A DNA stretch of 64,000 nt, taken from Candidatus Dadabacteria bacterium (GTDB lineage: Bacteria; Desulfobacterota_D; UBA1144; Nemesobacterales; Nemesobacteraceae). The translations under genes were made by a program, and so were the position numbers. The notes below the pieces were generated by a model, which was given only the letters and a program-made list of their open reading frames with translations, ran no database searches and had not been told where the DNA came from. This document shows, piece by piece, positions 10,209-20,572 of this stretch. Location: the NCBI GenBank assembly GCA_951812735.1, contig OX638332.1, forward strand, positions 1,362,508 through 1,426,507, given 5' to 3'. Each line of letters starts with the position of its first letter. Position 1 is the stretch's first letter.

Positions 10209-11180
10209 ATGGGATTACAGGCAAATGAGTACAGTTATCCTTGGCTGGATGAAGGGGAAGTTCCACCATTACCGTTGGACAGGGACAGGATCCACATAAT
10301 CAGTCAGGGCGTAGCGGACCCCGTGTTCGACTACGATATCATACCGCTTACCTATACGGAGAGCAGGTGGATGGCCTATGTAATAAGGGCAGACATCAAT
10401 GCGATGAAAGCGGTGGTACCGGAGCCGATCGAGGTCCAGGACGATGTAATAGAGTTTTGGTACGTAATACACAAGAACACGATGTTAGGTCCATACATGG
10501 AGATGGGCGTAACGTTCTCTGCGACAGTGGATGACGGGAGTGGGCACATATACAGGGCGGGATATTATCCGTACATGTATCTGTCGAACGACTCACCGAT
10601 ATTCGCGGGTAAGGAGCCATTCGGATTTCCGAAGAAGGCTGCATACATAGCAGGGTATGAGCATGGTACCAACAACAACTATTTTAACCATTTGATGGAG
10701 CGCAGGGGGTATATACTGCACACTGCGAACGGGCGTTATTCTGACAGGCCGCTGTCGGCGAGGCCAACTTTCTATGGCAAGACCGACTGGGGTAGGATGA
10801 ACTACAGGATAACGACCAGACCTGATGTATCGAACAGTATCCATGAGATAACGTATCTGCCGTCGGATCTTCCGCCGGGATTTGGTACGGGACACAGGTT
10901 CCAGCTGAACCCAGAGAGTGTGAGGACAGCTGTAACTGAGGATGTACGTTCGTGGTTCATGTCAGGAACTCCGTTTGACTATATGGGTGGTCAGATACCA
11001 GCGGCGGAAGTAGTAGGGTTGATAAGTTTCACGTTCAACCTGATCATCCCGCCGGCGTTGACGATATGGACAAGGACGGTAGAGAGGGCAGTGGAAGACA
11101 TGGGTCATGTAGTCTACTCCACACCGTTTGAGTACACGATGCGTCACAGGTTCCTGCTGCCGCAGTATAGCCAGGGATAA
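10209..11180 (+). CDS. Acetoacetate decarboxylase-like family protein, paralogue 2
   Basis: GPYMEMG and YPYMYLSNDSPIFAGKEPFGFPKK; colinear with paralogue 1; TAAGGAGGT RBS. Confidence 0.8.
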   Translation: MGLQANEYSYPWLDEGEVPPLPLDRDRIHIISQGVADPVFDYDIIPLTYTESRWMAYVIRADINAMKAVVPEPIEVQDDVIEFWYVIHKNTMLGPYMEMGVTFSATVDDGSGHIYRAGYYPYMYLSNDSPIFAGKEPFGFPKKAAYIAGYEHGTNNNYFNHLMERRGYILHTANGRYSDRPLSARPTFYGKTDWGRMNYRITTRPDVSNSIHEITYLPSDLPPGFGTGHRFQLNPESVRTAVTEDVRSWFMSGTPFDYMGGQIPAAEVVGLISFTFNLIIPPALTIWTRTVERAVEDMGHVVYSTPFEYTMRHRFLLPQYSQG

Positions 11181-11228
11181 TGACAGAAAGCATGGGTTTG
11201 CGTTAGTAGCGTAGACTTGTGATGAATA

Positions 11229-11274
11229 GAAGGGGAGGGAGACCGGTAAACGGTTTCTCCTCCTCTTTTTTTTT
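11229..11274 (+). terminator. Intrinsic terminator
   Basis: GGGGAGGGAGACCG-gtaaa-CGGTTTCTCCTCCT stem followed by T9. Confidence 0.85.
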
Positions 11275-11313
11275 GTGCGCAGACTGATTTTTCCGTAAAC
11301 TAATACAACAGCG

Positions 11314-12063
11314 ATGCCCTCCGGTACTCTCATAGTGTACGAACCTTTAGATTCTTTCAGAGAAAAGTCTGAATACTGGAGCAAGTATCTTAAGTTTTAC
11401 GAACGTTACTGGGGTGGTCCCACCTCTCCTTTTGGGATATGGTTTGGCAATGAGTACAATGTGTTTCGCCAAGCCTTGTCAGACCATCTTAACCTTCCCC
11501 ATCAGGACCTGCCCGACTGTCTTTTCATGAAAGATGAAGGCGGTAACTATTTTGTCGCGCCCACTTCTGACTCCCTCAACTGCTTTGCATCTGAAAACGT
11601 TATTCCGTTTGAGTGGTTTCTCCTTTTCTCGGAGGAAGGGAGGAAAAATTTCTATACTCACTGGGGCTTTAACTCAATTCATTACAATTCAACGCTGGAG
11701 CAATCAGAGAAAAAGCTGACTTTCTCACGGGAAAAGATCGAGAAAATGATGTCTGAAGAATCCACGAACCCCCTCAAGGTCTTTCTCCGCAATCTTGACC
11801 GAAGCCTTGAGGACCTCAGGAAATGGCTTGTGCAGTTTGACATGCAAAGCTATCTGATACTTAACTACGGCGACATCTGTAATTACATACATCCTTACAC
11901 CCTGAAAAATGAAAACAGCGTAACGGAGGTTGCGAAGATTATGGACCTTGTTTTCTTGTCGGACTTCAGTGAAGCGGAGCTTGCGCTTAAGGTGTTTTTT
12001 CAGAAGTGGGAGGATATATCGAGCAAGTGCGCCGGTGGCACTGAGGATTCCCGAATCCAGTAA
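11314..12063 (+). CDS. Hypothetical protein
   Basis: 249-aa ORF with protein-like composition, directly upstream of nth; no recognised motif. Confidence 0.7.
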   Translation: MPSGTLIVYEPLDSFREKSEYWSKYLKFYERYWGGPTSPFGIWFGNEYNVFRQALSDHLNLPHQDLPDCLFMKDEGGNYFVAPTSDSLNCFASENVIPFEWFLLFSEEGRKNFYTHWGFNSIHYNSTLEQSEKKLTFSREKIEKMMSEESTNPLKVFLRNLDRSLEDLRKWLVQFDMQSYLILNYGDICNYIHPYTLKNENSVTEVAKIMDLVFLSDFSEAELALKVFFQKWEDISSKCAGGTEDSRIQ

Positions 12064-12082
12064 GGGTCCGCCCCCGATTGAG

Positions 12083-12751
12083 ATGACCGCCAAACTTGAG
12101 AGAAAAAATATCGGAAGGGTTCTGGGAATACTGAGAAAGGAAGCCGCCGGATGGAACGTTCCAGTAGTTACGCTTACGGCAGTTTCCTCAAAAAGCCCTT
12201 TCAAGGTTCTTATCTCTACGGTGCTGAGTTTGCGGACCAAGGACGAGACCACGGCTGAGGCCTCGGCAAGACTTTTCCTCGAAGCATCCACTCCGCGTGC
12301 TGTGCTTGAGCTTGGGGAAAAAAAGGTACGAGATCTTATATACCCCGTCGGTTTTTACAGGGTAAAGGCGCAGAACATCGTCGGAATATGTGAAAAACTG
12401 ATAGATGAATATGACGGCCGGGTCCCGGACAGTATCGACGAGCTTTTAAAATTCCGCGGAGTCGGGAGAAAAACGGCTAATCTGGTTCTTTCTCTTGGAT
12501 ACGGAAAACCTGCCATCTGCGTCGATATTCACGTGCACAGGATCTCGAACAGATGGGGTTACCTAGATACCAAAAATCCTTATGAAACCGAGATGGCTCT
12601 TCGGGAAAAACTGCCGCGCAGATACTGGATAGAATACAACTCTCTCCTTGTTGCTCTGGGGCAGCAGATCTGCAGGCCACTATCTCCTTTTTGCAGCCGT
12701 TGCCCCGTAAGTGGTTACTGCCCGAAAACAGGGGTTTTGAGAAGCAGATAG
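12083..12751 (+). CDS. nth: Endonuclease III
   Basis: HhH GVGRKTANLV, VDIHVHRISNR and C-x6-C-x2-C-x5-C FeS motif. Confidence 0.93.
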   Translation: MTAKLERKNIGRVLGILRKEAAGWNVPVVTLTAVSSKSPFKVLISTVLSLRTKDETTAEASARLFLEASTPRAVLELGEKKVRDLIYPVGFYRVKAQNIVGICEKLIDEYDGRVPDSIDELLKFRGVGRKTANLVLSLGYGKPAICVDIHVHRISNRWGYLDTKNPYETEMALREKLPRRYWIEYNSLLVALGQQICRPLSPFCSRCPVSGYCPKTGVLRSR

Positions 12752-12765
12752 AACCTGTTTTCCGA

Positions 12766-12793
12766 TTGACTCTGCCCGCATTGTAACTATAAT
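12766..12793 (+). promoter_or_regulatory. sigma70-like promoter now pointing antisense into tnpB copy 1
   Basis: TTGACT-N16-TATAAT. Confidence 0.55.
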
Positions 12794-12811
12794 TGGAAAC
12801 TATATACTCGG

Positions 12812-14005
12812 TTACTCGTATACTGTTCTTGGCCGAACGGGAGCAGCCTCCCGTTTATCTCTCATCCTTCCGACCATGCGGGACTCTAAATCGAGTTTTC
12901 CACCCGCAATCAGGGCCAAGCCCCGATGAAGGATATTTCTTGCGGCGTTCATGTCTCTGTCTGCCTCGTATCCGCATTTGGTACACCTGTGGACACGAAC
13001 TTGTAGGGATTTCTTTATAGTCGCTCCGCAGCTTGAACATTCCTGCGAAGTATTCTTGGGATTCACGCGCACCATCTTAACGCCAGCACTCTCGGCCTTC
13101 TCGCCAAGCAGCGTCATGAATTTGCCCCAAGTCTGCTCCCGTATGCTTTTTGCCAAATGCCTGTCACTAAGCATGTTTTTTGTCTCTAGCTTTTCTACTG
13201 CTATAAAATCGTACATCTTCACTAAGGTAGCGGTTAGCCGGTGAAGGCGATCTCTTTCCTTGTCCGTAAGTCTCTGCCACTCCTTAGCAAGGGCAGAGAC
13301 GGCTTTTCTTCTATTATTAGAGCTTTTCTTCTTGCGGGATATGGAGCGTTGGAGTTGGATGAGATGGCGATAGTCTATTTTCCTCTTCTCCACGGTCACC
13401 CCATCGCTCAGGGTAAGACGTTTTGATACTCCCATGTCTATACCGACGGGATTAGTTATTTTCCTCGTTTGCTCTGGTTCTGGGAGTTCATAAGACAACG
13501 AGACCTCGGTACGCAAAGGTTTTCTTGTGATCCGTATCGCTTTTAGCAGTGTGCTAGATGGGAGTTCTCGAGACGACTTTACTTCAATACGGGGAAGCCC
13601 CTTGATCTTAAGAACAAGTTTATTGCCTTGGCGCTTAAGCATACGACAGCACTGGTCGTTAATCTCTATTGAGCACCAGCGTTTGCCTTTCTTAAAACGG
13701 GGAAATCCCGCCTTTTCTTTTGCCTTCACTCTGCGGAAAAAGGACTGAAACGCCCTGTCTATCCGACCCACTACCCCACGGAATATCTGAACGCTTATGT
13801 TGTCGTACTCCGGGTCATCCGCCCTCACCTCAGTCAGAGCCTTGCACTGGTCGTAATATGAGCGGAGCTTACCTGTCTTTTTCTAGCAGTCGATGCGTTC
13901 CTCAAGGCAGGCATTGTAGAGGTCGGCATTCATCTGAAACACTCGGGAAAGTGTCTCGTGTCCTGATCTGGATACCTTAGCACGGCATTTGTAAGTTCTT
14001 AGCAT
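12812..14005 (-). pseudogene. tnpB: TnpB RNA-guided nuclease copy 1, nonsense-interrupted
   Basis: ATG at 14005 (MLRTYKCRAK...). In-frame TAG at 13883-13885 where copy 2 has TAC (DC[Y]KKTGK). RuvC GIDMG / AVEKL / DRDMNAA and Zn finger present. Confidence 0.9.
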
Positions 14006-14110
14006 CACTATATATTATACTCGATAGTTCAATTGTCTTCACATTCTTGGGGCAAACAGGTATATAATTCCTCCGTAATTCATTGCCAAACCGTTTTCCG
14101 GAAAAACCCA

Positions 14111-14620
14111 TTGTCTCATACTGTCCTTTTTTATATTTTTTCTACGCTTGCCGTGCTTGGAGCCATTATGGTCGTGAGCCATAAAAATCCTGTTTCAAGC
14201 GCTATTTCGCTCGTTCTTACTCTTTTTTCCACTGCCGTGCTTTTCGTTCTTCTCCACGCTCATTTCATCGCGGCGATACAGATACTGATTTACGCAGGAG
14301 CGATAATGGTTCTCTTCCTCTTTACCGTCATGTTCCTCAACATAAGGGACAGCGAGCTTAGGTTTGACAGTATGAACATACCGAAGAGGATGACGTTTCT
14401 TTTTCTTTTCATTGCTGTTGTCGGGTTCTTTGCATCGAAACTTTTTTCGTCTTCTCCGGTTGTTTTCTCGGAACTTAGAGATCCTGAAAATTTCGGTACC
14501 GTAGCCGATGTGGGAAGATCTCTTTTCAGCGACTACCTGCTTGCGTTCGAGCTTACCTCGGTTCTCGTGGTCATAGCCATGGTGGGCGTTCTGGTCATAG
14601 CCAAGGGGAGGGAATCATAA
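14111..14620 (+). CDS. nuoJ: NADH-quinone oxidoreductase subunit J
   Basis: KNPVSSA, QILIYAGAIMVLFLF, YLLAFELTS; TTG start assumed. Confidence 0.92.
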   Translation: MSHTVLFYIFSTLAVLGAIMVVSHKNPVSSAISLVLTLFSTAVLFVLLHAHFIAAIQILIYAGAIMVLFLFTVMFLNIRDSELRFDSMNIPKRMTFLFLFIAVVGFFASKLFSSSPVVFSELRDPENFGTVADVGRSLFSDYLLAFELTSVLVVIAMVGVLVIAKGRES

Positions 14621-14621
14621 G

Positions 14622-14927
14622 ATGGAAATCCAGGTTACTCACTACGTAGTTCTGGCTTCCGTGCTCTTTGCGATTGGGGTTTACGGGGTGATTACCAGAA
14701 AAAACATACTGATCGTACTTATGTGCCTTGAGCTTATGCTGAACTCCTGCAATCTGCTTTTCGTTGTTTTCTCAAGGCTCTACGAAGGCGCTACGGGACA
14801 TGTGTTCGTTCTGATGTCGGTAACGGTGGCGGCGGCTGAGGTCGCGGTTGGTTTGGCGTTTGTCGTTTCGATTTACAGGCAGAAAGAGAGTCTTGACATT
14901 GATTTGCTGAAACTGCTTAGGGGTTAA
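14622..14927 (+). CDS. nuoK: NADH-quinone oxidoreductase subunit K
   Basis: LMCLELMLN, VAAAEVAVGLA. Confidence 0.95.
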   Translation: MEIQVTHYVVLASVLFAIGVYGVITRKNILIVLMCLELMLNSCNLLFVVFSRLYEGATGHVFVLMSVTVAAAEVAVGLAFVVSIYRQKESLDIDLLKLLRG

Positions 14928-14950
14928 TTTATTCTCGGAGGTTTACCTGA

Positions 14951-16936
14951 GTGCTTGCTCTCATAGTTCTTGCGCCGCTTGCGGGGGCGATTTTCAACGG
15001 GCTTTTCTTTGCCACCGGTCTTTGCGGAAAGCTTACCGGAACCGCGAGACACACGAGTGACAGGATTGTCGGGACGGTGGCGTGCGCGGCCGTTCTGGTC
15101 TCCGCCCTTTTGTCCACGCGTCTTTTCCTCGACCTTCTCTCGCAGAGCCCCGCGGGAGCAGAGCCGATTACTACCGAGCTTTTCACCTGGATGCTCTCGG
15201 GCACCCTTAACGTTAGCTTCGAGTTCCTCTTTGACTCCCTCTCGGCCGTAATGGCCCTTGTTGTGACATGGGTTGGATTTCTTATACATGTCTATTCGAT
15301 CGGCTACATGCACCATGACCGCTGTTACGCGCGTTATTTCACTTACCTGAACATCTTCGTTTTCTTTATGCTCGTCCTGATCCTGGGCAACAACTTCCCC
15401 ATGATGTTTGTCGGATGGGAGGGAGTGGGCCTTGCCTCCTACCTGCTTATAGGATTCTGGTATGAAGACTCGTTTCGGGTCTATGCGGGAAGAAAGGCTT
15501 TTGTGGTTAACAGGATAGGGGACTTTGGGTTCATTCTCGGCATCTTTCTTATTTTTACAGTGTTCGGTTCGCTTAACTACCAGGATGTTTTTTCCCAGCT
15601 CGGAGATCCGGTTTTTGTTTCGGGGATCTCGCAGTCGCTTATAACAGCGATGGCCCTTCTTCTGTTCGTAGGCGCCGTCGGTAAATCGGCCCAGTTTCCC
15701 CTTCATGTCTGGCTTCCGGACGCGATGGCGGGTCCGACTGCCGTGAGCGCACTTATTCACGCCGCGACTATGGTTACCGCAGGGGTTTACATGGTGAGCC
15801 GCTGCTCGGCGCTCTTTGACCTGAGTCCCGTGGCTTCGGGCGTTGTCTTGATTGTGGCGGCGTTCACCGCGTTTTTCGCCGCAACGATAGCTATCACCCA
15901 GAACGACATAAAGAAAGTGCTCGCGTACTCGACCGTGAGTCAGCTCGGGTACATGATGATGGCCGCAGGGGCGGGGGCATATGTATTTTCTATATTTCAT
16001 CTGGTTACCCACGCTTTTTTCAAGGCACTTCTTTTTCTCGGGGCGGGAAGCGTCATACACGCCATGGCCGGAGAGCAGGATATAAGAAAAATGGGAGGGC
16101 TTCGCGGGATGATTCCCGTAACAGCCGTTACTTTCCTGGTGGCGACGCTTGCAATCTCCGGCTTCCCTCTTCTCTCCGGGTTTTTCAGCAAGGATGAGAT
16201 CCTGGCTTCGCTTTATAACGGCGGCCATACGTTTTTCTGGGCTGCGGGGCTCCTTACGGCCGTACTGACCGCTTTTTACATGACGAGGCTCTACGTGCTC
16301 ACATTTGAAGGAGCGGCCAGGATGGATTACAAGACCAAAAGCCGCGTGCATGAATCCCCGGCTGTAATGACTATACCTCTTGTGGTCCTCGCTGTTCTGT
16401 CGATTCTTGGAGGTCTTCTCGGAGTGCCCGAGTTTATCGGCGAGAGCGTGGGTTTTCATTACACAGGACTTATTGAGAAATTCCTTTCCTCTTCCGTAGT
16501 TGTCCACCACGGCGCGGAACATGCTTCCTCGCACCATTTCGGCCACTGGACCCTTGTAGGGTTCTCGGTGCTCGCCGCGTTTGCGGGGATAGCGGGTGGT
16601 ATCTTGATTTATTACCGCGGGCAAGGGAAAACTACTTTAGTCCCGTGCCAAGCGGCCACCGCGGTCCGCAGAGGATCCTTTAACAAGTGGTACGTGGATG
16701 AGATCTACGATGCGGTTTTCGTATCTCCGTTTAACTACATTTCGGGACTGTCCTCGGATTTTGACCGTTCCGTTATAGACCGTTCACTTGACGGGCTGAG
16801 CAATTTTGTAAAAAACCTCTCAAGACGGCTAAGCGCTCTTCAGACCGGTCTGCTCAGGTATTACGTGGCTGCTATGGTCGGCGGTGTCGTCGTAATAATA
16901 GTGCTTCTTTTCATCTACGGTCCCACCGCTTCTTGA
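14951..16936 (+). CDS. nuoL: NADH-quinone oxidoreductase subunit L
   Basis: GWEGVGLASYLLIGFW, GKSAQFPLHVWLPDAMAGPT, HAFFKALLFL. Confidence 0.96.
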   Translation: MLALIVLAPLAGAIFNGLFFATGLCGKLTGTARHTSDRIVGTVACAAVLVSALLSTRLFLDLLSQSPAGAEPITTELFTWMLSGTLNVSFEFLFDSLSAVMALVVTWVGFLIHVYSIGYMHHDRCYARYFTYLNIFVFFMLVLILGNNFPMMFVGWEGVGLASYLLIGFWYEDSFRVYAGRKAFVVNRIGDFGFILGIFLIFTVFGSLNYQDVFSQLGDPVFVSGISQSLITAMALLLFVGAVGKSAQFPLHVWLPDAMAGPTAVSALIHAATMVTAGVYMVSRCSALFDLSPVASGVVLIVAAFTAFFAATIAITQNDIKKVLAYSTVSQLGYMMMAAGAGAYVFSIFHLVTHAFFKALLFLGAGSVIHAMAGEQDIRKMGGLRGMIPVTAVTFLVATLAISGFPLLSGFFSKDEILASLYNGGHTFFWAAGLLTAVLTAFYMTRLYVLTFEGAARMDYKTKSRVHESPAVMTIPLVVLAVLSILGGLLGVPEFIGESVGFHYTGLIEKFLSSSVVVHHGAEHASSHHFGHWTLVGFSVLAAFAGIAGGILIYYRGQGKTTLVPCQAATAVRRGSFNKWYVDEIYDAVFVSPFNYISGLSSDFDRSVIDRSLDGLSNFVKNLSRRLSALQTGLLRYYVAAMVGGVVVIIVLLFIYGPTAS

Positions 16937-17213
16937 AGGGCGGTTTTTTCCGCCCAGATTTCAACTCAGAAGGTTGTCTTCCCGAGGTAAAAATATCGTT
17001 TGAGGAAAAGAGTTTTCTCTATACTCTTGACAAATGACTTCCAATATAGATATTGATTGTCCAGAATATCTAAGTAATCCTATCTGTCTTACCTCAACAA
17101 TCTGCCTGTCTTAATCCTTTATGGATGGCCCTGCTGATTCTTTATGCGGGTAGTTGTGAACCGGGGCGGGCGAATACTGTGTTCAGGTGGATTTACTGAT
17201 GGAGGTATCGGCG

Positions 17214-17744
17214 ATGATTGAAAAAACGTTAAAAAGGAAGAAGTTTCTGATAGCGATTTTTATTGTAGCTGCCACACTCTATTTCCTTTTTGGACGTTAC
17301 GATGTTTCGGCGACAAGGCCACATCCGACAATCGTAAGCATGATTTTCCACAGCGTTACGGAGAGGTCGATACAAAGGAGTTCCGCGAGCCTCACCGTTC
17401 CCTACGACGTTGATGATGAGAACATGTATGTGAAGGGTTTTAAGGAATACGATGAGATGTGCGTTCAGTGCCATGGAGCCCCAAGTGTTGAAGCTTCATC
17501 GGCCGGCAAGGGGCTTTTTCCGAAGCCCCCCAAGTTCCCTGGAGAGGAATTTAATGAATATTCCCTGAAAGACATCTTCTGGGTCACGAAAAACGGGGTC
17601 AAGATGACGGGAATGCCCGCTTACGGACCCACGCACGAAGACGAGACAATCTGGGCGATCGCAATATTTCTTGATAAGTCCAGAGATTTATCTGAAGCGG
17701 AATATAGGAGCCTCAGGGATAAATATTCTGATACGCATCATTAA
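17214..17744 (+). CDS. Membrane-anchored monoheme cytochrome c
   Basis: CVQCH heme motif and KNGVKMTGMPAYG distal-Met region. Confidence 0.85.
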   Translation: MIEKTLKRKKFLIAIFIVAATLYFLFGRYDVSATRPHPTIVSMIFHSVTERSIQRSSASLTVPYDVDDENMYVKGFKEYDEMCVQCHGAPSVEASSAGKGLFPKPPKFPGEEFNEYSLKDIFWVTKNGVKMTGMPAYGPTHEDETIWAIAIFLDKSRDLSEAEYRSLRDKYSDTHH

Positions 17745-17822
17745 TGTCCGTAGCTTGAACGGACCACTAAAATCATTTGAAAAGTGTTTCTTTGTCATTT
17801 CCGGTTGACTTTGTTCTAATAC

Positions 17823-17837
17823 TGGTAATGATTACCA
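17823..17837. promoter_or_regulatory. 7-1-7 palindrome, candidate Fur-family or Rrf2 operator upstream of the suf operon
   Basis: TGGTAAT-G-ATTACCA perfect inverted repeat just downstream of TTGACT (17805-17810). Confidence 0.5.
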
Positions 17838-17881
17838 ATTAGATAGCTATTTTATGGATATACAAAGTATACAATAACGTT

Positions 17882-18301
17882 ATGCAGGTAAGCAGAACAC
17901 TTGATTACGCCGTCAGATGCCTTATCCATATGGGAGGCAATCCGAAGGATAAATTCAGCATGAAGCAGGTATCCGAGACCCAGCATATTCCGCAGAATTA
18001 CCTTGCCAAAGTAATGAGAAGGCTTGTTAATCGCGGAATACTCAGGTCGAAGGTGGGGCCTGAGGGCGGATACATGCTTCGCAAGCCCCCGCATGAACTC
18101 AGCCTGAGAGAGGTATACGAAGCCATAGAGGGGGAAATAAGAATAGTGGATTGCATGGACGACGACGGTCCCTGCGCCCTCTATGAGAACTGTGGGCAGC
18201 TTCCTCTTTGGGATAAGCTCAGAGTATCCATGATAAGGATTCTTGAAGATACCACTATCGGGGATATGGTGGATGAAACTCGGAGTGGCAGAAGTCACTA
18301 G
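17882..18301 (+). CDS. Rrf2 family transcriptional regulator
   Basis: DYAVR, YLAKVM..L, GPEGGY.L and three Cys ligands. Confidence 0.92.
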   Translation: MQVSRTLDYAVRCLIHMGGNPKDKFSMKQVSETQHIPQNYLAKVMRRLVNRGILRSKVGPEGGYMLRKPPHELSLREVYEAIEGEIRIVDCMDDDGPCALYENCGQLPLWDKLRVSMIRILEDTTIGDMVDETRSGRSH

Positions 18302-18318
18302 CAGGAGGATATTTCTTA

Positions 18319-19755
18319 ATGAGCGTTGATCTTGAAAAACTCGCCCAAGAGGAGTACAAGTACGGCTTCGTAACCGATGTCGAGCAGGAGATTGCTCCCA
18401 AGGGCCTAAACGAGGATGTCATCAGGATGATCTCCTCGAAAAAGAATGAACCTGAGTGGCTTCTCGAATGGCGCCTAGGCGCCTATGAGCGCTGGAAGAA
18501 AATGAAAGAGCCCCGGTGGGCTTTTCTTAGGTATCCGAAGATAGATTTTAACGACATAAGTTATTACGCGGCGCCGAAAAACAATCCGAGGCCGAAAAGC
18601 CTTGACGAGATCGACCCTGAGATAAAGGAGACCTACGACAAGCTCGGTATTCCGCTTGAGGAACAGAAGATGCTGGCGGGTGTCGCGGTTGATGCCGTTT
18701 TTGACAGCGTTTCCGTCTTCACCACTTTTAAGGAGAAGCTTGCCGAGGAAGGGGTTATTTTCTGCTCCATATCCGAGGCCGTTGAAGAACATCCCGATCT
18801 TGTGCGCAAGTATCTGGGTTCCGTAGTGCCCCGCGGGGATAATTTCTACGCGGCTTTGAATTCCGCGGTCTTCACGGACGGTTCTTTTGTCTACATTCCC
18901 AAGGGAGTAAGATGCCCAATGGAACTCTCGACCTATTTCCGCATAAACGCGGAGAATACCGGGCAGTTTGAAAGAACGCTTATAATCGCCGATGAGGGTA
19001 GCTATGTAAGCTATCTTGAGGGCTGCACGGCGCCTCAAAGGGACGAGAGCCAGCTCCACGCGGCCGTGGTTGAACTCATAGCCCATGATGACGCCACCAT
19101 AAAGTATTCGACTATACAGAACTGGTACCCGGGAGATAAGCAGGGCAAGGGCGGAATATACAATTTTGTTACCAAGAGGGGAAGATGCATTGGCAGGGCC
19201 TCAAGGATTTCCTGGACGCAGGTTGAGACCGGTTCTGCTATCACGTGGAAATATCCAAGCTGTATTCTCGAGGGGGACAATTCGGTTGGGGAATTCTACT
19301 CCGTAGCCCTTACGAACAGGCTTCAGCAGGCCGATACCGGGACCAAGATGATTCACGTGGGGAAAAATACCACCAGCACGATCATTTCCAAGGGCATTTC
19401 CGCGGGAGAGGGGCAGAACATATACAGGGGACTTGTTGAGATTGGTAAAAATGCCGAAAAGGCGAGAAATTACACGCAGTGCGACTCGATGCTTATAGGG
19501 GACTGCTGCGGGGCACACACTTTTCCATACATAGAGGTAAGAAACTCTACGGCTCACATGGAGCACGAGGCTTCTACCTCTAAAATAGGCGAGGACCAGA
19601 TGTTTTACTGTCGCCAGAGAGGGCTTTCCGCTGAAGACGCGGTTTCGCTCATAGTTAACGGTTTCTGTAAGGAAGTTTTCAAGGAACTGCCTTTTGAATT
19701 TGCGGTTGAAGCCGAGAAGCTGCTGAGCGTAAGTCTTGAGGGAAGCGTGGGTTAA
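18319..19755 (+). CDS. sufB: Fe-S assembly protein SufB
   Basis: [35 protein letters not shown]. Confidence 0.97.
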   Translation: MSVDLEKLAQEEYKYGFVTDVEQEIAPKGLNEDVIRMISSKKNEPEWLLEWRLGAYERWKKMKEPRWAFLRYPKIDFNDISYYAAPKNNPRPKSLDEIDPEIKETYDKLGIPLEEQKMLAGVAVDAVFDSVSVFTTFKEKLAEEGVIFCSISEAVEEHPDLVRKYLGSVVPRGDNFYAALNSAVFTDGSFVYIPKGVRCPMELSTYFRINAENTGQFERTLIIADEGSYVSYLEGCTAPQRDESQLHAAVVELIAHDDATIKYSTIQNWYPGDKQGKGGIYNFVTKRGRCIGRASRISWTQVETGSAITWKYPSCILEGDNSVGEFYSVALTNRLQQADTGTKMIHVGKNTTSTIISKGISAGEGQNIYRGLVEIGKNAEKARNYTQCDSMLIGDCCGAHTFPYIEVRNSTAHMEHEASTSKIGEDQMFYCRQRGLSAEDAVSLIVNGFCKEVFKELPFEFAVEAEKLLSVSLEGSVG

Positions 19756-19805
19756 TAAAGGTTCCGCCGTAATTCTGAAAAAAAGATTTTTAGGAGGAGC
19801 AAAAC

Positions 19806-20540
19806 ATGCTCGAGGTGAAAAACCTGCATGTGCAGGTAGATGACAAGGAAATACTTAAAGGGATGAACATTACCGTGGCGCCCGGGGAAGTTCACTCAAT
19901 AATGGGTCCGAACGGCTCGGGGAAGAGCACACTTGCCCAAGTGCTTGCAGGCAAGGAAACATACGAGGTTACCGAAGGGGAGATAACTTTTCAGGGTAAG
20001 GATCTTCTCGACCTTGAGCCCGAAGAGAGGGCATGTGAGGGAATATTCCTCGCTTTTCAGTATCCAGTCGAGATTCCGGGAGTCGCAAACACCTATCTTT
20101 TGCGAGAGGCTCTTAACGCGAAAAGAGAATACCGGGAGGAAAAGCCGCTCAAGCACGTTGAATTTGGGAAGCTTGCCAGAGATAAGATGAAAGCGCTTGG
20201 TATTGACGAGAATCTTCTTAAAAGATCCGTAAACGCCGGGTTTTCGGGCGGAGAGAAAAAAAGGAACGAAATATTCCAGATGCAGATACTTGAACCCACG
20301 TTGGCGGTACTTGACGAAACGGATTCCGGTCTCGACATAGACGCGCTCAAGATAGTGGCAAACGGGGTGAATTCGATGAGAGACTCCGGACGTTCTTTTA
20401 TAGTGATAACCCACTACCAACGACTTCTTAACTATATAGTTCCCGATTTTGTCCACGTGATGGTTGATGGGAAAATAGTGAAATCGGGAGGAAAGGAACT
20501 TGCCCAGGAGCTTGAGGAGAAAGGTTACGCGGATTTTTAG
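19806..20540 (+). CDS. sufC: Fe-S assembly ATPase SufC
   Basis: GPNGSGKST, FSGGEKKRNE, LDETDSGLDIDAL. Confidence 0.97.
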   Translation: MLEVKNLHVQVDDKEILKGMNITVAPGEVHSIMGPNGSGKSTLAQVLAGKETYEVTEGEITFQGKDLLDLEPEERACEGIFLAFQYPVEIPGVANTYLLREALNAKREYREEKPLKHVEFGKLARDKMKALGIDENLLKRSVNAGFSGGEKKRNEIFQMQILEPTLAVLDETDSGLDIDALKIVANGVNSMRDSGRSFIVITHYQRLLNYIVPDFVHVMVDGKIVKSGGKELAQELEEKGYADF

Positions 20541-20572
20541 GGCACCGGGTAACCGGCAAGGAGCATAATACG

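Noticed and set aside
13883..13885. In-frame TAG (and TGA at 54882) as stop-codon recoding
   Set aside because: Both are single-base changes from the expected codon in mobile genes, and housekeeping genes use these stops normally.
14924..16624. 566-aa ORF antisense to nuoL
   Set aside because: Shadow frame of a hydrophobic gene; no motifs or RBS.
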